A DNA stretch of 64,000 nucleotides from an uncultured bacterium (GTDB lineage: Bacteria; Actinomycetota; Acidimicrobiia; Spongiisociales; UBA5794), in NCBI GenBank assembly GCA_963801165.1, contig CAWDDT010000011.1, positions 62,383 to 126,382 of the forward strand. The letters run 5' to 3'. The translations under genes and the position numbers were made by a program. Of the stretch, positions 60,676 through 64,000 are shown in pieces. A model generated the notes under the pieces. It searched no databases. It saw only the letters and a program-made list of their open reading frames with translations, and had not been told where the DNA came from. The first letter of the stretch is position 1, and each line of letters starts with the position of its first letter.

Positions 60676-61285
60676 ATGGAACGCCCGTTCTCGCACGAGC
60701 AGCTCGTCGATGAGGTGTACACCGGCCTCGACCTGAGCGAGAGAACTATCGACGAATGCGAGTTTGATGGCTGCGAATTCCGCAACGTCGTGATGAACGC
60801 CGCGACCGTTCGCGACGTCGCGGTTTGTCGATTGCACATTCGCCGGTTGCGATCTCTCGCTCATGGAGCCGATCGACAGCCTCTTCTCCGGATGCGCATT
60901 CGAAGAGTGCCGGATAACCGGGGTCAACTGGAGCATGGTGATCAGGCGAGATGCCGCCATCACCGAACCCAACAGCTTCACCAGTTGCGACCTAAGCCTG
61001 AGCAACTTCGCCGAGCTCGACCTTACCGGCTGGCGGTTCGTTGATTGCCGGGTCAACGAGACCGGGTTCCGGGAGACGGTCTTGGTCGACGCTCATTTCG
61101 AGAGAGCCGATCTCGCCGGGGCAGACTTCGCCCACGCCGACCTCAGCGGCGCCACGCTGATCGATTGCCCCGGCCTCTACCTCGACTCCAGCCTCACCAA
61201 GCTCACCGGAGCCACGGTGAGCGCCGCCACGGCGCTCCAGATCGTCGAGGCCCTCGGGCTACGCATCCACGACCCCGAGAGGTAG
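60676..61285 (+). pseudogene. Pentapeptide-repeat protein (Qnr/MfpA-like size) interrupted by a 1-nt frameshift
   Basis: MERPFSHEQLVDEVYTGLDLSERTIDECEFDGCEFRNVVMNAATVRDV (frame 1) continues as RFVDCTFAGCDLSLMEPIDSLFSGCAFEECRITGVNWS... (frame 2) around 60820. The combined length is about 203 aa. Confidence 0.6.
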
Positions 61286-61307
61286 CGAGAACGTAGGCCC
61301 CTCCGTT

Positions 61308-61349
61308 CTGGCGTCGCAGACCGGAACATATTCCGGTCTGCGACGCCAG
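61308..61349. terminator. 19-bp perfect inverted repeat (4-nt loop) between convergent genes; likely bidirectional terminator
   Basis: CTGGCGTCGCAGACCGGAA-CATA-TTCCGGTCTGCGACGCCAG read directly. It lies between the + gene ending at 61285 and the - gene ending at 61358. Confidence 0.6.
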
Positions 61350-61357
61350 AGGCGCTA

Positions 61358-61654
61358 TCAACGGTGCGAGGGAGCCGGCGGCGCACCATCGATCATGAAA
61401 AACGCGTCGTCGGGATAGCACCACCACCAGTCCTCACCCGGCTCGTAGGACCGGATCAGCGGATGGCCGGTCTCGGCAAAATGTGCGGTCGCGTGGCGAC
61501 CGGGCGAGTTGTTGCAGCAGCCGACGTGCCCGCAACTCTGGCACAGGCGCAGATGGACCCAGTTGCGTCTCCCCGCCGCCAGACAGTCTTCGCAGCCGTC
61601 GGCACCGGGTACCGGCGGCGAGACGTCGGCGGGTATGTGCGTGCAATCATCCAT
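61358..61654 (-). CDS. UBP-type zinc-finger protein
   Basis: Start at MDDCTHIP. CEDCLAAGRRNWVHLRLCQSCGHVGCCNNSPGRHATAHFAETGHPLIRS is a Znf-UBP Cys/His pattern. 8-nt overlap with the upstream gene. Confidence 0.8.
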   Translation of the reverse strand: MDDCTHIPADVSPPVPGADGCEDCLAAGRRNWVHLRLCQSCGHVGCCNNSPGRHATAHFAETGHPLIRSYEPGEDWWWCYPDDAFFMIDGAPPAPSHR

Positions 61655-62690
61655 TGGTCTTCTCCATCCTGTTGCGCACCACCGGTGCGACCTTATTGCC
61701 GAACAGCTCGATCGAGCGCAGCGTGACGTCGTGCGGCAGATTGCCGGCGGTCGTGTGCAGCAGGAAGCGGTCGATGCCGAGCATCTCGCACCAGCGCTGG
61801 ACCTTCGTCGCAACCGTCTCCGGGTCCCCGACGATCAGCGACCCGTCCGGGCTCGCCATCCAATCGAACTGCTCACGTGACAGCGGCGGCCATCCCCTTT
61901 CCCGGCCGATTTTGTTCATCGTCGCGGTGAAGCCGGGGTAGATCGTCTCGATCGCCTCGTCCCTGTCATCGGCAACATGGCCGAGGGCATGGACGCCCAG
62001 GGGAACGCTCTTCGGATCGTGTCCCGCCTCTACCAGCGATCGCCGGTACAACTTGACGAGGGTGGCGAACCTCGCCGGATCGCCGCCGATGATCGCCAGC
62101 GCAACCGGAAGCCCCAGCTGACCGGCACGAACCATCGAGGCCGGCGTACCGCCGACACCGATCCAGACCGGGAGCGGTTGTTGTTGCGCTCGTGGATAGA
62201 CCGCCTGATCCTCGAGTGGTGGCCGGAACTTGCCCGACCAGGTGACCCGCTCGTTGTCTCTGATCGCCAGCAGCAGTTCGAGCTTCTCGGCGAACAGCTC
62301 GTCGTAGTCCGAGAGCGAGTAGCCGAACAGTGGGAACGACTCGATGAACGATCCCCGCCCCACCAGAAGCTCGGCACGGCCCTGCGACAGCAGATCGAGC
62401 GTCGCGAAGTCCTGATAGGTGCGAACCGGGTCGGCCGAGCTGAGAATGATCACAGCTGAGCTGAGCCTGATTCGCTCGGTACGGGCCGCCGCAGCACCGA
62501 GAACAACCGCAACCGACGATGCCGCCATGTCGACGCGGTGGTGCTCGCCCAGGCCGTACACATCCAGGCCTACTTCCTCGGCGAGTTCGATCTCGGCAAG
62601 CACGTTGCGCAGCCGCTCACCGTGGCTGATCGCCACGCCCGTTGCGGGGTCGCGGTGAGTCTCCGCAAAGCTAGTAAGCCCGAATTCCAT
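61647..62690 (-). CDS. LLM-class (luciferase-like) flavin-dependent oxidoreductase
   Basis: MEFGLTSFAETHRD..., VYGLGEHH, and the overall TIM-barrel LLM pattern. ATG 62690 is preferred over the 17-aa longer ORF. Confidence 0.8.
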   Translation of the reverse strand: MEFGLTSFAETHRDPATGVAISHGERLRNVLAEIELAEEVGLDVYGLGEHHRVDMAASSVAVVLGAAAARTERIRLSSAVIILSSADPVRTYQDFATLDLLSQGRAELLVGRGSFIESFPLFGYSLSDYDELFAEKLELLLAIRDNERVTWSGKFRPPLEDQAVYPRAQQQPLPVWIGVGGTPASMVRAGQLGLPVALAIIGGDPARFATLVKLYRRSLVEAGHDPKSVPLGVHALGHVADDRDEAIETIYPGFTATMNKIGRERGWPPLSREQFDWMASPDGSLIVGDPETVATKVQRWCEMLGIDRFLLHTTAGNLPHDVTLRSIELFGNKVAPVVRNRMEKTNG

Positions 62691-62780
62691 CGCGCTGAAC
62701 CTAGCCCGCACTCTCCATTCGTGCGTAGACGATGCCGACATCCCGGCACCATCTACGCCAGAAGCCGGTAAGGGGGAAAC

Positions 62781-62810
62781 GAGTTCGGGGCCCTTTCGGG
62801 CCCCGAACTC
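62781..62810 (-). terminator. 13-bp perfect hairpin downstream of groEL
   Basis: GAGTTCGGGGCCC-TTTC-GGGCCCCGAACTC lies 39 nt after the groEL stop. The U tract on the minus strand is weak (GTTTCCCC). Confidence 0.6.
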
Positions 62811-62848
62811 ATCGGTACGGTATCGGCGACGAAGCCGCCGAAGCTGTG

Positions 62849-64000
62849 TTACATCATGCCTTCCATGCCACCACCGTGGCTGTGGGCGGCGGCAGACTCG
62901 TCTTCCTTCTCCTCGGCGACGAGCGCCTCGGTGGTGATGAGAAGAGCTGCGATGGACGCTGCATTCTGCAGAGTGGCACGGGTGACCTTGGCCGGATCGA
63001 TGATCCCGGCAGCCATCAGGTCCTGGTACTCACCGGTCGCGGCGTTGAAGCCGAAGTTGCCCTCGCTGGCACGGACGTGCTCGACGACAACACCACCCTC
63101 GTGGCCGGCATTGACCGCGATCTGACGCAGCGGAGCCTCCAGCGCCCGAACGACCAGCGCCCGACCCGCCTTGACATCGTCGGTGCCGCCGCGATTCTTG
63201 ATCGACGAACCGGCACGGAGCAACGTGACGCCGCCACCGGCGACAATGCCCTCCTCGACCGCGGCGCGGGTTGCCTGAATGGCATCCTCGATGCGGTGCT
63301 TCTTCTCCTTGAGCTCGACCTCAGTAGCCGCACCAACCTTGATCACGGCAACGCCGCCGGCCAGCTTGGCGAGACGCTCCTGGAGCTTCTCCCGATCCCA
63401 GTCGGAGTCCGAATTCTCGATCTCCTGCCGAATCTGCTTCACCCTGGCCTCGACCTCGGCGTGGCTGCCTGAGCCTTCGACGACGGTCGTGTTGTCCTTG
63501 GTGACGACGATCTTGCGGGCGCGGCCCATCATGTCGATGACGGCGTTCTCGAGCTTGAGACCGACTTCTTCGCTGATGACGGTGGCGCCGGTCAGGATCG
63601 CGATGTCCTGGAGCATGGCCTTGCGTCGCTCACCAAACCCGGGAGCCTTGACGGCGACCGAGCTGAACGTGCCACGGAGACGGTTGACGATGAGCGTGGC
63701 CAGAGCCTCACCCTCGACATCCTCAGCGAGCACGAGAATCGGCTTGCCGGTCTGCATGACCTTTTCCAGCACCGGGAGCAGGTCCTGCACCGAGGTGATC
63801 TTCTGGTTGGCGATCAGGATGTACGGATCCTCGAGGATCGCCTCCTGGCGGTCAGGATCTGTTATGAAGTAGGGCGAGATGTAGCCCTTGTCGAACTGCA
63901 TACCCTCGGTGAAATCGAGATCTACGCCGAATGTCTGGCTGTCCTCGACGGTGATGACACCCTCGTTGCCGACCTTCTTCATCGCCTCGGCAATTCGCTC
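62849..64000 (-). CDS. groEL: Chaperonin GroEL (C-terminal about 380 aa; N-terminus lies beyond the window)
   Basis: [42 protein letters not shown]-terminal GGMEGMM. The ORF is open to the window edge. Confidence 0.95.
   Translation of the reverse strand, partial: ERIAEAMKKVGNEGVITVEDSQTFGVDLDFTEGMQFDKGYISPYFITDPDRQEAILEDPYILIANQKITSVQDLLPVLEKVMQTGKPILVLAEDVEGEALATLIVNRLRGTFSSVAVKAPGFGERRKAMLQDIAILTGATVISEEVGLKLENAVIDMMGRARKIVVTKDNTTVVEGSGSHAEVEARVKQIRQEIENSDSDWDREKLQERLAKLAGGVAVIKVGAATEVELKEKKHRIEDAIQATRAAVEEGIVAGGGVTLLRAGSSIKNRGGTDDVKAGRALVVRALEAPLRQIAVNAGHEGGVVVEHVRASEGNFGFNAATGEYQDLMAAGIIDPAKVTRATLQNAASIAALLITTEALVAEEKEDESAAAHSHGGGMEGMM

Overview
Visibly GC-rich, gene-dense bacterial chromosome segment with Actinomycetota-like gene content; an Acidimicrobiia-like affiliation is only a guess. 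I saw no rRNA, tRNA, CRISPR array, transposase or integrase. A housekeeping core sits at about 22.9-38.3 kb on the minus strand: mdh, icd, folD, purH, sucDC, a stand-alone B12-binding domain, pcrA, an orphan CheA-receiver hybrid, guaA and a GuaB3-like gene. Further housekeeping genes are glpD, trpS, cimA and groEL (cut by the window end). Accessory content: (1) 0.1-5.5 kb holds a tightly linked pair, a double UDG-fold protein plus an amidohydrolase-PDZ-S41 peptidase fusion, which I rank as the best candidate for an uncharacterised system. (2) A 1,413-aa secreted propeller/Ig-like protein with a large internal duplication is coupled to a Thr-rich anchored protein. (3) 11.2-21.7 kb is a translationally coupled glycan cluster with three GT2 genes, a flippase, two sulfotransferases, an APH-like kinase and a ComEA-like HhH membrane protein. 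(4) A hoxEFUYH-hoxW bidirectional [NiFe] hydrogenase operon lies next to a decayed CHASE sensor gene. (5) There are two ECF sigma/anti-sigma pairs, one with a PASTA+GerMN extracytoplasmic partner. Two short leader peptides followed by terminator hairpins are readable directly: MTSTLYWWCSQR upstream of trpS and MNHLFIIIS upstream of cimA. Several genes carry single-nucleotide frameshifts or an in-frame stop, so assembly error versus real decay must be resolved. All functional calls rest on motifs I read in the translations; no database search was run.
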